DNA of 64,000 nucleotides from a virus (taxonomy: Duplodnaviria > Caudoviricetes). Below the pieces are notes generated by a model. It had not been told where the DNA came from, made no database searches, and saw nothing but the letters and a program-made list of their open reading frames with translations. The stretch covers positions 63,940 through 127,939 of IMG/VR virus record IMGVR_UViG_3300033076_001341. One strand, given 5' to 3'. Below are positions 29,550 to 39,298 of the stretch, piece after piece. Every line of letters starts with the position of its first letter. The stretch's first letter is position 1. The translations under genes were made by a program, and so were the position numbers.

Positions 29550-30111
29550 ATTTTGATTTAAGATAATTGCGCAATACGCGGGAAAAGCGTCCTTCAGTGG
29601 AGCCGGTTTGACCGTCAACGGTACCTGCAAACCCGGGGTGATCTTCCAGGATTACATTCTCAATGAGTTTACCGTCCCGGTTGACAACATTGCCGTCGCG
29701 CTTGACCAGTTTAATGACTGTCTGAGAGTTGTCTTTGGTTTCAATGTGAATCATTACACCTTCTGTCTTGGGAATGTCTTTCCAATCCTGAGGAACAGAT
29801 GGTGTACGGGTTTCACGCAACCATACTTCGGTGATCCAACTGAACACGAGAATCTCTTTGAACCCATCGCTTTCCATGGAACCAAAAACAGTTGGAAACA
29901 ACTTGGTTGCCAGCGCTTCTTTTGTTTCATCACTTTGCAGGAACTGTCCGGGAACAGGAATAAATCCTACTTCCAGTTTGTCTGTGACTTTGTCATGTAG
30001 TAAAACAGCACCCAGAGGGGGTAATTGTCCCTCGTCTGTCATTACTTTGGTGATCAGTCTAAGCTGATCTTCTTTGAATTCGTTTAGAATTTCAGGGGTT
30101 AACTGTTTCAT
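29548..30111 (-). CDS. hypothetical protein
   Basis: 187-aa ORF. Confidence 0.65.
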   Translation of the reverse strand: MKQLTPEILNEFKEDQLRLITKVMTDEGQLPPLGAVLLHDKVTDKLEVGFIPVPGQFLQSDETKEALATKLFPTVFGSMESDGFKEILVFSWITEVWLRETRTPSVPQDWKDIPKTEGVMIHIETKDNSQTVIKLVKRDGNVVNRDGKLIENVILEDHPGFAGTVDGQTGSTEGRFSRVLRNYLKSK

Positions 30112-30605
30112 TTGATTGATTTAATCAGATTGAGGTAGTCTTTGGACTCCGCGTACTTACCATCAATGTTTTTGAGATAGCGATTCTGAATGCGGATGTA
30201 GTCGCGCAGACAATCGCGGTAGGTAGTGTATGCACAGTGTCCGTTTTTAACACCGATGACATACTCTGAACGCGATGTGCGAATGCCGGCAATGTTCTTG
30301 TTCTCCTTGCAGATCTTGCTGGTGAAATGACCAGTCTCAATCTTCATTTGAGCAAGAGCAACATTGGGTAGCACACAACCCAGGGTGACAAGTTCATGCG
30401 TAATAGCACTGTCGGTAAGAGGAAGATCATCTACCAACTCTTTTACCACAACTTGTTTGTAATGATGAACAACGTTTGCTTCCTGGAAAACAAACAGTAC
30501 AACCAGTACTACATTGAGTAGCACCGATAAAATCAATACTGAAGTGAAATCCCTTCCGGATCTCACGCAGAGGTCTTTGTCGATGACAGTGATCTTCTTT
30601 ACCAT
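30108..30605 (-). CDS. membrane-anchored glucosaminidase (GH73-like)
   Basis: N-terminal TM; ALAQMKIETGHF, NKNIAGI, KYAE..DY. Confidence 0.7.
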   Translation of the reverse strand: MVKKITVIDKDLCVRSGRDFTSVLILSVLLNVVLVVLFVFQEANVVHHYKQVVVKELVDDLPLTDSAITHELVTLGCVLPNVALAQMKIETGHFTSKICKENKNIAGIRTSRSEYVIGVKNGHCAYTTYRDCLRDYIRIQNRYLKNIDGKYAESKDYLNLIKSIK

Positions 30606-30661
30606 AGTTTTTGAACGGTTACGTTTAAATAAACCCCGGTTTGACCCCCGGGGTTAAAGGG

Positions 30662-32509
30662 TTAGTGAATGGTGACGTGTTCTTTGATGGTCTTGTTCAC
30701 ACGCACGCGCAGGAAATTGACCAGGTCGTTTGGAAACGTCTTCATGTCTTTCATGTTCACGAAGTGCTTGAACATCCGGTGAGACGCTACTGAATCGATA
30801 GCGACCTGGATGACCTGCATACCAAGTGCTTCTGCTTTAAGTACCATCTTGCGGGTGTGTTCAATACCCACGTTGCCGCCGTAGCCTTGTGCTGCCGGCT
30901 GACCATCACTGATCACGATAAACACCACAGCGTTCTGGGTAAACTTGCGAATGCGTTTGGCAACTTCAATGATCGCCTGACCATCGCGGTTGTTCGAGCG
31001 TGCTCGCACTTCGCCCAGGGAGTGCTTGTTAGCAAATCCGGGTTCGCGGTAGATTGCTATCTCACACGTCCCGTAACCTTTATCATCATCAGCGGTGTGA
31101 CCGTAGATGTACAACTCCACGTCCGGTTGTTTACCGAATGCTTCGTTGAGGAAAATGGCTGCCTGGCGTGCTTTGTCAATCTTGGTCCCACTCATCGAAC
31201 CGGATTCATCGATTAGGATGCAGACGGCAAGCTTGTCGGTCTTCACCTCACCCATACGCTCATAGACCGTTGGGACATGCTGTCTTGCTTCTACTAGTTT
31301 ATTGGTATCGAGTCGACCTGAACGCATGCCGCGTACCGAGAACTTGAAGTCCCTGGACTTGCGCTTCAGCAGGTTGGCAACCGTGTTCGCTTTGGCGCGG
31401 TCGATACTGCCCAATACCCTTTCATAGACTGAACGATTGTTTTCCTGCTTGATCCAGTGTACTTTCTCCGGAGAGCAGCCTTCTTCGCTTTTGATGACGC
31501 GACCGTTTTCTTCCATCTCATCGGTGAGCGACTTCATGATCGCATCTGATCCGGCGGATTCAGATTCGGATTCACTGAGCATGTTCTCTGCGTAGGACTT
31601 TGCCATCTCTGACAATGATTCCTCCGATCCCGGAGGTGGAGGTGTACCTTCGCCTTCACCACCACCGCCGCCACCACCGCCTGGTGGTTCCTCTTCTGGA
31701 GGAGGAAGCATATTGATGATGTAATTGGCGATGCGATTGCTCAGCAATTGAGTGTCTCTGTAGGTCTCCGGAATTCCCCCGTAGTAGTCCATCATCTCAC
31801 GCATTTCTTCTACGTGTGGTGCGAACTTGTCGAGTTCTTCCTGCTCTACAGTACCCGGGTGCTGGATCATGCGCATGGTCAGATCCATGAACTCTTCCGC
31901 TTCGTTTTTGAAGTCCGTTTTCTTTTCGAACTTGGTCTCGAACTTGTATTCCTTGTACTTGGAAATGAAGCGTGAGTAACCGGGGAACTTCTCGGCTACC
32001 TTGCGGTCGGTGCGCTCGTCGTGCAGGATGGTTTCAAACATCGCTGATACGCGCTCCGTAGCACTGATGCCTTCTTCTTTTGCTGCTTTGTGACGGGATG
32101 CCTGGATGTTGGAGGCGTTTGCTGATTTCTCAAAAGCATTGATTGCAGCATTGCGCAGTGAACCACCCAGGAATGCATCGGCACGCTTACCGGAAGGGAT
32201 TCCCTCGTTGAGTTCGTCATTGAGTAAATCCACCGGAAGCAAGATGCTGCCATCCTGTGCGGCTTTGCTCAGCTTATCAGTAAGTGCTTCGCGCTTGTTT
32301 ACACCCATCATGTTAAACATGCTGTTCAGTAGTCGCGCAGCTTCCTTGGGACTGTTGGTACTGCCCAGCAAAAAGTCTGAGTAGTTGTGATACCTGGTCT
32401 CCCAGTTTATCGCTTTGTTGGTATCATTGCGGAAGGTAAAGCTGTCCTCAGCTGCTCTTCCGAACCAATCTTTAAATGCTTGTTGTTTCTCGTTGTCTTC
32501 GTTTTTCAT
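30662..32509 (-). CDS. vWA-domain protein (CobT/NorD-like)
   Basis: MIDAS DESGSM, ISDGQP, SGRLD; P/G/E-rich linker. Confidence 0.85.
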   Translation of the reverse strand: MKNEDNEKQQAFKDWFGRAAEDSFTFRNDTNKAINWETRYHNYSDFLLGSTNSPKEAARLLNSMFNMMGVNKREALTDKLSKAAQDGSILLPVDLLNDELNEGIPSGKRADAFLGGSLRNAAINAFEKSANASNIQASRHKAAKEEGISATERVSAMFETILHDERTDRKVAEKFPGYSRFISKYKEYKFETKFEKKTDFKNEAEEFMDLTMRMIQHPGTVEQEELDKFAPHVEEMREMMDYYGGIPETYRDTQLLSNRIANYIINMLPPPEEEPPGGGGGGGGEGEGTPPPPGSEESLSEMAKSYAENMLSESESESAGSDAIMKSLTDEMEENGRVIKSEEGCSPEKVHWIKQENNRSVYERVLGSIDRAKANTVANLLKRKSRDFKFSVRGMRSGRLDTNKLVEARQHVPTVYERMGEVKTDKLAVCILIDESGSMSGTKIDKARQAAIFLNEAFGKQPDVELYIYGHTADDDKGYGTCEIAIYREPGFANKHSLGEVRARSNNRDGQAIIEVAKRIRKFTQNAVVFIVISDGQPAAQGYGGNVGIEHTRKMVLKAEALGMQVIQVAIDSVASHRMFKHFVNMKDMKTFPNDLVNFLRVRVNKTIKEHVTIH

Positions 32510-32570
32510 ACCGCTTTAGTAAACACCCCTGGCGGTTAAACCAGGGGATGTTAAATGTTTAAGGGTTAAA

Positions 32571-33869
32571 TTAAAGGGCAGCAATAATGCTGCGTACTTT
32601 GGCACGCTCTCCAGCACCGCTACCATCATCAAAGAGTGGCAGGATTACCTGGTTAAGCGACGTGATCAAATCAAATCCGTCGGTCACCAATGCTGCTGTT
32701 TGCAGGGTGTGACGAACTGATACAGACGTAGAGAGTTCCTGCTCCTTGAACTGAGAGCGAATGCTGCGGCTGATCTTTACGATTGCCTTGGCAGTCTTCT
32801 TGTCAATACCAGTACGTTTAGCAAGGATGTCGATCTCTGCTTTTTCGATGGGGTAATCCAGTTCAACGGGGAAGAAACGGTCGATCAACGCACGGTCAAT
32901 CGCGTGGGTGCCGGTGTATTCCGAACCTAGGTTGGCAGTAGCGAAGAACATGGCGTTCTCATGTACAGGGATGTGACGCTCTTCACCGTCGCCGGCGATG
33001 TCAATCGGCAAGTACCGGCGTCTGTCCAGACATGGAAACAGGATGTTGGCTGCACTCAGTGGTGCACGAGACAACTCATCGAGCAAAATGATACAGTCCT
33101 CCTGGATGTACTGCGCAAAAGGTGCGTAGTCAAACTCCGAGAATCCTTTCTCATTCAAACGGTGAACACCCAAGAGCGCTGATTGTGCGTCCTGGATAGT
33201 ACCCATGTCCACGATGTGAAGCTTCTTACCAAGGGCATCAGCAACGTGCTGCAATACTTCGGTCTTACCTGTACCGGTTGGACCGATCAGCATGGTGTTT
33301 TCCAAACGAAGACCGTTGCGGATCAGTAGGTTCCAGATGTCCTGCTCCACGTGGAAGCCGGTTTTCTTGGTGTCCGGTGTCGGGTAAGTTGCTTCGATGT
33401 GTGCACGGAATCCACCAACTTTAGTGGCTTCTTCTTCTTCTACGACTGGTTTGGCAGCAGCTTTCTTTGCTTCCAAATCGATCACCATACCCACGGACGC
33501 AAATCCGTCTACGATGGTCTTGGCAAATGTTTCGTCGTTCTCTTCCAGGAGGTAATCCACATAGTGGTCAACTGCCTGGATAGATGCTTGCAACTCGGGT
33601 GCTACACCATGGTAGTAGATCACGTCATTGTAGTGAAGGATCTTGACTGAATTGATTTTCAGTACCCGGTCGGCGTTAAATACCCAGTCATCTGATGAGA
33701 ACACGCTCTTCATAGGGAAGCGCATGCACTGCTCTTCAGGGTAAATGATGTCAGCGATGTCAGCGAAACTTTCAAGGGTTTCAGCAATTTGATCTTCTTG
33801 CTTAGGCAGGATAACAGGTTTGAAGGTTTTACCTGCGAAATCGATTTTGAAAAATATTGTGTTTGACAT
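32571..33869 (-). CDS. MoxR-family AAA+ ATPase (CbbQ/NorQ-like)
   Basis: GPTGTGKT, LLDELSRA, ATAN, DRALIDRF, SVR. Confidence 0.9.
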   Translation of the reverse strand: MSNTIFFKIDFAGKTFKPVILPKQEDQIAETLESFADIADIIYPEEQCMRFPMKSVFSSDDWVFNADRVLKINSVKILHYNDVIYYHGVAPELQASIQAVDHYVDYLLEENDETFAKTIVDGFASVGMVIDLEAKKAAAKPVVEEEEATKVGGFRAHIEATYPTPDTKKTGFHVEQDIWNLLIRNGLRLENTMLIGPTGTGKTEVLQHVADALGKKLHIVDMGTIQDAQSALLGVHRLNEKGFSEFDYAPFAQYIQEDCIILLDELSRAPLSAANILFPCLDRRRYLPIDIAGDGEERHIPVHENAMFFATANLGSEYTGTHAIDRALIDRFFPVELDYPIEKAEIDILAKRTGIDKKTAKAIVKISRSIRSQFKEQELSTSVSVRHTLQTAALVTDGFDLITSLNQVILPLFDDGSGAGERAKVRSIIAAL

Positions 33870-33874
33870 GTTTT

Positions 33875-34099
33875 TTAAGTTGATTTTTTAATGCGTACTG
33901 CGAATTCTTTATTGAATTTGGGACTTTGAATTTTACGTTTCTTGAGTGGATCAGTAGCGGTGAGTATGCGCTTCTGCGAGACTCCCAGGTAATGGGATGC
34001 AGCAGTCACTGTTGCAAACTCCTTTGGCTTCCTCTGCTCAATGGGTACTGATAAATCGTATATCAGTATCGGTATTCCTTCGAAATGATCATCTAGCAT
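33875..34099 (-). CDS. small NUMOD1-like DNA-binding protein
   Basis: EFATVTAASHYLGVS. Confidence 0.5.
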   Translation of the reverse strand: MLDDHFEGIPILIYDLSVPIEQRKPKEFATVTAASHYLGVSQKRILTATDPLKKRKIQSPKFNKEFAVRIKKST

Positions 34100-34168
34100 A
34101 CGTGTAACTCTTAGTGGATTTGTTGGTGCTCCAACGGGGTGTCAAATGAGGTGTTTTTTTCGTGCACA

Positions 34169-34282
34169 TTGTCTCACTGATGAGACAACAGTGTCTCACT
34201 GGTGAGACTCCCTATATATATAGTATTATATAGAGTACTCTATAGAGAGCACACGAATTGCTCTTGTCTCACTGGTGAGACA
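34169..34282. repeat. three palindromic TGTCTCACTG(G/A)TGAGAC(A) repeats flanking an AT-alternating tract; candidate origin or operator
   Basis: Copies at 34170, 34192 and 34265; TATATATATAGTATTATATAG between copies 2 and 3. Confidence 0.8.
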
Positions 34283-34290
34283 TTGCATGC

Positions 34291-34773
34291 TCACGGATTG
34301 ATCGGCATGCTGTTGCCTTCGAACCCAAATCGTTTGTTGATTTGCGATAGGATCGATTTGACAAAGGCAGCTTTGATTTCATCAGTTGCAACATCTTCTT
34401 TGCGATGCTTGCCTAACTCTTTATCCAGTTTGTTGAGCAGTGCATTGACCGGATCACGAAGCTCTTCGGGAAGTGATTCGACTTTTTGGCGAAGCGCCTT
34501 CGCCTTTTCTTCGATGATAGATTCTGCATCACCGGAGGAACGTTTAGTTTCTTCGCTGTCATTTTGCAGCTGTTCGTGCAATTCTTCACGGATGTCTTCG
34601 AGCTGACGGATCAGCACATCGATCATACCCAGTCGGGTCATCAGGTTACCGTCGAAGTTGACAAAGACAGCAGCAGGGTTGCCGGCAGCGTTCAGCTCCA
34701 GCGTAATGGAGAGATGATTGTGGACTTTATTGTCCTGGATAGCTGCTTCAATGGCTTTAATTAGTTTACTCAT
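34291..34773 (-). CDS. hypothetical coiled-coil protein
   Basis: 160-aa ORF. Confidence 0.65.
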   Translation of the reverse strand: MSKLIKAIEAAIQDNKVHNHLSITLELNAAGNPAAVFVNFDGNLMTRLGMIDVLIRQLEDIREELHEQLQNDSEETKRSSGDAESIIEEKAKALRQKVESLPEELRDPVNALLNKLDKELGKHRKEDVATDEIKAAFVKSILSQINKRFGFEGNSMPINP

Positions 34774-35068
34774 GGTCTGTTTGATTGAGGAATGCGAGGT
34801 TGCGGGTGATAATTCGTTTCTTGGATGGGTCGTATGAGCGTCGGATCAGTGCTCGGTCTTCCAGGTCCTGGAGGTGCCTGTACACGGTCGCACGACTCAT
34901 AGAAGTCATTTCCATCAGGTACTCTACGCCAGGATAACAGTAGTCCCGTGCACCGCAGAGGCACACGAGAATACTGTAGAGTCCTTTTGTTTGTAACGGG
35001 ATGGTCTGATCAAGCATCACTGATGCCGGTACCCTTCCAAATTTCATCGGATAGCATTTTGGGTTCAC
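34766..35068 (-). CDS. winged-helix protein of the phage replication-initiator N-terminal type
   Basis: KGLYSIL, CYPGVEYL...SMSRATVYRHLQDLEDRALI. Confidence 0.75.
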   Translation of the reverse strand: MNPKCYPMKFGRVPASVMLDQTIPLQTKGLYSILVCLCGARDYCYPGVEYLMEMTSMSRATVYRHLQDLEDRALIRRSYDPSKKRIITRNLAFLNQTDHE

Positions 35069-35330
35069 GAATACCGCTCTCGCGGATCATCTCAGCTATC
35101 GGATTTAACTTCCCCACGATGCTCTGCGCAGTGAGGTACTGCTCAGATTGCAGAATTGCTTCTGCCTGCTCCTCGTTGATGGGGTAATTGGTAGCGCCTG
35201 TTCCGACACCTGGGATTTCAACGGTGCGGATGATGCTCTTGTTCTTGACGCAGGTTTCGATAGCTGCCAGGTGCTCACTGAACCGGTCGTGGATCAGGAG
35301 CAATTCTTCGTTGGTGAAATTTTGTTTCAT
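35010..35330 (-). CDS. hypothetical protein
   Basis: Probable start MKQNF. Confidence 0.55.
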   Translation of the reverse strand: MKQNFTNEELLLIHDRFSEHLAAIETCVKNKSIIRTVEIPGVGTGATNYPINEEQAEAILQSEQYLTAQSIVGKLNPIAEMIRESGIREPKMLSDEIWKGTGISDA

Positions 35331-35833
35331 AATGCGAGTGTCTGTGGTGTAATGCTGAAAAAGTTTTGTGGGAGTAGTCCTGCCTGAATCAGCGTATCGC
35401 ATACCTCTTTGGTACCGATGCGTAGTTCCCGCAGGGAAGGAAGAGACACATGAAAATCATAGGGTTTTGACCCGATTTGTGCATGTGGGAAAATGGCGTT
35501 GAACAATTTGTCTACGGGAGCGTAGGTCAACTCGTACTTCATTTTGTCAATGGCAGTCTTGGCACGCTTGTGATCTGCTTCAATAGCGACACGTGTCTTC
35601 TTGTCCATCTCCTGGAGTTGCTGGGGAGTAAAGTCTCCCAGTCCGTACATCACCCGGCGATACATGGTTCGCTGAATGGTGTTCAGATGCAGTCCGCCAA
35701 AACGGTTTACGGGGTTGTTACGCTGATTTTGGTACAACGCACGGTCGTACTTAATCGTAGTCAAATGCTGGGTGCGCTCGTAGTAGATATTCAATCCCTG
35801 AGCGGTTGCGGTGATACTTTTAATATTGGTCAT
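35327..35833 (-). CDS. hypothetical protein
   Basis: 168-aa ORF. Confidence 0.7.
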   Translation of the reverse strand: MTNIKSITATAQGLNIYYERTQHLTTIKYDRALYQNQRNNPVNRFGGLHLNTIQRTMYRRVMYGLGDFTPQQLQEMDKKTRVAIEADHKRAKTAIDKMKYELTYAPVDKLFNAIFPHAQIGSKPYDFHVSLPSLRELRIGTKEVCDTLIQAGLLPQNFFSITPQTLAL

Positions 35834-35977
35834 AAATGTGGTTTTGATAGTCGATTTTTAAATTGGGGATTAAATGTAGACTTTTGAACTATACAGTCCA
35901 AATAATCTACATATGGTCTACAAAAAAAGACCCCGGTAGGTAGTACCAGGGTCTAATTAAGAGGGAAGAGACTAGGT

Positions 35978-36478
35978 TTAGTCTAACTCAGCTTCAGCAA
36001 AGGCTTCGCGCTTTGCATCTGCTTTTGCAGAAATGGCAGCACGAACTTCCTCCACGTTGGTATGCTGGATGTAGGTGTCTTCCTTGTCCGGGTTAATACT
36101 GTAGAATGTTCTACGAAAGATCGGTTGATCTTCGTGCACCAACATGACCCCGCCTTCACGGCTGGACATCTTGATGTCGTAGTCAATACTCTTCTCCCGG
36201 AAGGGGGTCAGAGACTCCTGGACAGCAATTTTACCTTTCAGGGACTGCCAGGGTTTCCAGTTACGGCGTTTGAGAACAGAGATCTCGCCTTTTACCAGGC
36301 AAGTCACTGCTTTTTCTTCTACGAATCCGTTCTCGGAGAATTCCTCCCGGATCTGACGAAGTACTACGTAACCAAACTGGTTGTTCTTTTCGTTAACACG
36401 GATGACCATACCGCTCTCGGTAGGTACAACGGTGGGTTGAGAGAATGATACATTCTCTGGAGCATTTGCGCTTTGCAT
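35978..36478 (-). CDS. hypothetical protein
   Basis: 166-aa ORF followed by a terminator-like hairpin. Confidence 0.7.
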   Translation of the reverse strand: MQSANAPENVSFSQPTVVPTESGMVIRVNEKNNQFGYVVLRQIREEFSENGFVEEKAVTCLVKGEISVLKRRNWKPWQSLKGKIAVQESLTPFREKSIDYDIKMSSREGGVMLVHEDQPIFRRTFYSINPDKEDTYIQHTNVEEVRAAISAKADAKREAFAEAELD

Positions 36479-36510
36479 AATCGTTTTGAATTAAGTGTGA
36501 ATGAAATAAA

Positions 36511-36741
36511 TTAAGGTTCGCTGGAATCGTCGTCCAGGTTGGTCAGAACGTTTGTTACGAGAAGTAACAGGTGGTAGGGTGCACTGATGGGTGCAGTTAA
36601 CCAGATATACACGTGGTATTTGCTAAGTTTTCCTTGTGAAATAACTGCAATACCCAGGTAGATGGTCATAAACAGATAACACCAGATGAGGTATCTTAAC
36701 AACATCAGCAATGTGACGCATAAGATAATCTTGGTGATCAT
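36511..36741 (-). CDS. small membrane protein
   Basis: Hydrophobic 76-aa ORF. Confidence 0.5.
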   Translation of the reverse strand: MITKIILCVTLLMLLRYLIWCYLFMTIYLGIAVISQGKLSKYHVYIWLTAPISAPYHLLLLVTNVLTNLDDDSSEP

Positions 36742-37121
36742 AATTTGTGGTCAGGACTCCAGTTGAAACCATCGTAATCGCTCACACGCGACGGATTTTC
36801 AACCAAGTGATGTTCCAGTACCACCATGTTGCCGTAAAGCGCTATGAGGTGCTCAGAAATGCGCTGAGAGGCATCACCACGCAGTACAGGGACGCTGATG
36901 GGTTCTCCCAGGTCATTAGCAGGTACATACACCAGGTGTTTCCCGGAGCGTACAACCAGCAAATGATTATAAGAGATGTCCTTGCAATCCTTAACGTCTA
37001 CCTGGTTGGCAGCGTTAACTTCGTCATCATCGTAGTGTACACAGTCAACATACTGATGTCTGGTCTCACTAAGTTGGTACAGGGTGGAATCATTACGATC
37101 CCAGAGTTTATGGACTTTCAT
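36738..37121 (-). CDS. hypothetical protein
   Basis: Coupled ORF. Confidence 0.55.
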   Translation of the reverse strand: MKVHKLWDRNDSTLYQLSETRHQYVDCVHYDDDEVNAANQVDVKDCKDISYNHLLVVRSGKHLVYVPANDLGEPISVPVLRGDASQRISEHLIALYGNMVVLEHHLVENPSRVSDYDGFNWSPDHKL

Positions 37122-37393
37122 AGGGTTTGTCGTTGTTTGTATTCTTCTTCGAGTGATTGATCAGGACTGTAGACTTTGTCACATTTACCGCAGATCATGT
37201 TCTCACCATCTTCAGTCCATTTGTTGATGTATTCACCCTCGTTGATGTGCGGTTCACATGATGGACAACTGCAAGCGTTTTCAGTTTTGCAGTAGGGACA
37301 GATAAATGCGCCTTTCATTTGATGTTCCCCCATCTGATGTAGATTGACCAAAACGCCAGTGCAATAGTGATCAGGTACTTCTTTTTGTGCCAT
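37118..37393 (-). CDS. Zn-finger-like protein
   Basis: CPYC, CSCPSC, CGKC. Confidence 0.55.
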   Translation of the reverse strand: MAQKEVPDHYCTGVLVNLHQMGEHQMKGAFICPYCKTENACSCPSCEPHINEGEYINKWTEDGENMICGKCDKVYSPDQSLEEEYKQRQTL

Positions 37394-37547
37394 ACAGCGT
37401 GTTGCCAGGAGACACCTAACTCAAACCACCACGGGTCTTTGTCCAGAATTTTGTGCTTAACTAGTTCGATTTTCATTTGCTATTTCTTTGTTGATTTACC
37501 TAATGAAAAACCTGCCCAGAACATGAGTAATGCTATTGTCAGTTTTG

Positions 37548-37796
37548 TCATTGCTTAGCTCCTCTGTAGATGTAGGTAGTATCACACTTGCCGTCTTTAC
37601 ACTCAACTACGATAGAAGGTTTGATGGGTTTATCTGTTCTTACACCAATTTCTTCTCCTAATAATAAACCTATTATTAAACCGAATGCCGTCATCGTCAA
37701 GATTAGGAAGTTATAAAAACCTTTGTCATCATCCCGGTCTAAGACATTTAGTGCAAACAAAATGAGAAGACATACAATTATGAATACCCAGATCAT
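37548..37796 (-). CDS. small membrane protein
   Basis: Two TM segments. Confidence 0.55.
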   Translation of the reverse strand: MIWVFIIVCLLILFALNVLDRDDDKGFYNFLILTMTAFGLIIGLLLGEEIGVRTDKPIKPSIVVECKDGKCDTTYIYRGAKQ

Positions 37797-38020
37797 TTGT
37801 TACCTCCTTTGTGAATAGGGTTAGAACAATTGCCTTTGTGGGTCACGCTCCTACTTCTATCGTAGTAAGAGACTAGATATTCGCACCCTTCAGAAATGAA
37901 TATCTCCACCGGCTTATCACCAGGTGCAATTACTATTGGAGTTTTTGTTTTTTGAACTGTTGGTTCTGTGCAACCACCCATCATTCCGATGAGTAATGTT
38001 GCTATTAATAGTTTTTTCAT
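37793..38020 (-). CDS. small lipoprotein
   Basis: MKKLLIATLLIGMMGGC lipobox; HKGNCSNPIH. Confidence 0.65.
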   Translation of the reverse strand: MKKLLIATLLIGMMGGCTEPTVQKTKTPIVIAPGDKPVEIFISEGCEYLVSYYDRSRSVTHKGNCSNPIHKGGNK

Positions 38021-38283
38021 GGTTTTTTCTTTGGGTCCATTAGTTGTTCCAGATGCTCCAGGAGTTGAAACCCCAGTTCTTCATCTTCGTCAATCTGTTT
38101 GTTCTGATGATGTTTCTTAAACGTCTCATCGATTTGCTTAATGAAATACGAATTCTTTGACTTTGCCTCGTTGATTGCTTTGCGCAGGTCATCGTTGACA
38201 AACTCGCGGATGAACTGATACTGCACGTTGAGTGCTCTGGCTAACAGGTAAGCTCTACGTACGTCTTTGATATTGTTTTGCAT
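38017..38283 (-). CDS. hypothetical protein
   Basis: Probable start MQNNIK. Confidence 0.55.
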   Translation of the reverse strand: MQNNIKDVRRAYLLARALNVQYQFIREFVNDDLRKAINEAKSKNSYFIKQIDETFKKHHQNKQIDEDEELGFQLLEHLEQLMDPKKKP

Positions 38284-38396
38284 AACTGTTTCATAGTGTT
38301 GGACATAATGTAAATACCCCGGAGTGCAGCCTCCAGGGTAATACAAACTTTAACCACAAGTTTACTCGCACACCTCGGTTGTATCTGCATGAGGAA

Positions 38397-38481
38397 TGGC
38401 GCAGGCGACCGGAATCGAACCGGTACTTGTAATAGTCTTTTGCAAGGACCATTACTGGGATACTCAATACCCAACACCTGC
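38397..38481 (-). ncRNA. atypical tRNA-like RNA with a 9-bp anticodon stem (loop contains GCA)
   Basis: Acceptor GCAGGTG/CGCCTGC-G-CCA; T arm ACCGG-TTCGATT-CCGGT; GTAATGGTC/GACTATTAC stem; non-canonical D arm. Confidence 0.7.
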
Positions 38482-38501
38482 TATAACTTTAATCAATCTA
38501 C

Positions 38502-38653
38502 TGGTGAGTACTCCCGGATTCGAACCGGGATTATCAACAAATTCTGATGAACGTTCAGCTACTGGGCGTTCGCAACCAAAAAGGATGCTACTAGGGGTTC
38601 ACGTACTTGTAGGATCTGAATCCGTGATGGTATACGCTATAACCACAGTACTC
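38502..38653 (-). ncRNA. 152-nt tRNA-like RNA with a ~70-nt insert in place of the anticodon loop
   Basis: Acceptor GAGTACT/AGTACTC-A-CCA; T arm CCCGG-TTCGAAT-CCGGG; ATCACGGATTC/GAATTTGTTGAT stem encloses the insert. Confidence 0.7.
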
Positions 38654-38707
38654 ACGCCTGATGAGTAAACTCTTCAGACATAGTTATTTAAACCCTTTGC
38701 ATTTAAA

Positions 38708-39256
38708 CTATGCAAAGTCATGATTGTGCAGTCCGCCTGCCAGACACTTGATATCGGAAATATCAACTAGATCTATAAAGGACGCGCGTTCTTTGCGATC
38801 AAATTCGTTTATCCACTTGTCGCACGTAATGCCAACTTTGTTGACATGGATGTGATCGATTCGGTAAATACCCCGCTTGCTAAAGAGGTGCACCTTGGCA
38901 CCAGCAAAAAGGGAATCTTCGAAACTCCTGCGATACGCTGCCTGCTGAAGACGAATGAACGAGTCATACATCGCCTTTGTCATGTTGGCGATGAAGCGAA
39001 AGCTCACCTGTTCAGGAAGACCACTCATTTCGTTGGTCTGTTCCTTGGTGATGCTCATGACGCAGTAATTGATGGGGTCGAACTCTTTGCCTTCTTGTTC
39101 GTAGAGGTCGCAAAACTTACCGACCGATACGGTCTGTCCGTTTAGGAAGCGTACGCGATTGCGTTGAACAATGGGAATGACACCGGTGAGCATAAGCGGT
39201 TTAAAGCTTTTTTGCTGGGGTGTGGAAGTCGGAGGGTTGGAGGTGTTTAGTGACAT
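38708..39256 (-). CDS. hypothetical protein
   Basis: 182-aa ORF. Confidence 0.65.
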   Translation of the reverse strand: MSLNTSNPPTSTPQQKSFKPLMLTGVIPIVQRNRVRFLNGQTVSVGKFCDLYEQEGKEFDPINYCVMSITKEQTNEMSGLPEQVSFRFIANMTKAMYDSFIRLQQAAYRRSFEDSLFAGAKVHLFSKRGIYRIDHIHVNKVGITCDKWINEFDRKERASFIDLVDISDIKCLAGGLHNHDFA

Positions 39257-39298
39257 AGTGAAAGTAGTTAGACTCGTACAAGAGTTGGGTTAAAGTGG

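Noticed and set aside
34169-34282. Mini CRISPR array
   Set aside because: Spacers are about 4 and 56 nt, irregular, and no cas genes are present; the PD-(D/E)XK nucleases are ordinary phage types
38397-38481. Standard tRNA-Cys(GCA)
   Set aside because: 9-bp anticodon stem, 9-nt loop, G discriminator (Cys uses U) and abnormal D loop
38396-38668. ORFs overlapping RNA genes (38396+, 21058-, 51029-, 5' extension of 51238+)
   Set aside because: They translate tRNA/tmRNA sequence (e.g. GIEP, GFEP) and are artefacts
38656-38678. CTGATGAG hammerhead-like core
   Set aside because: Simple hairpin with no GAAA or stem III
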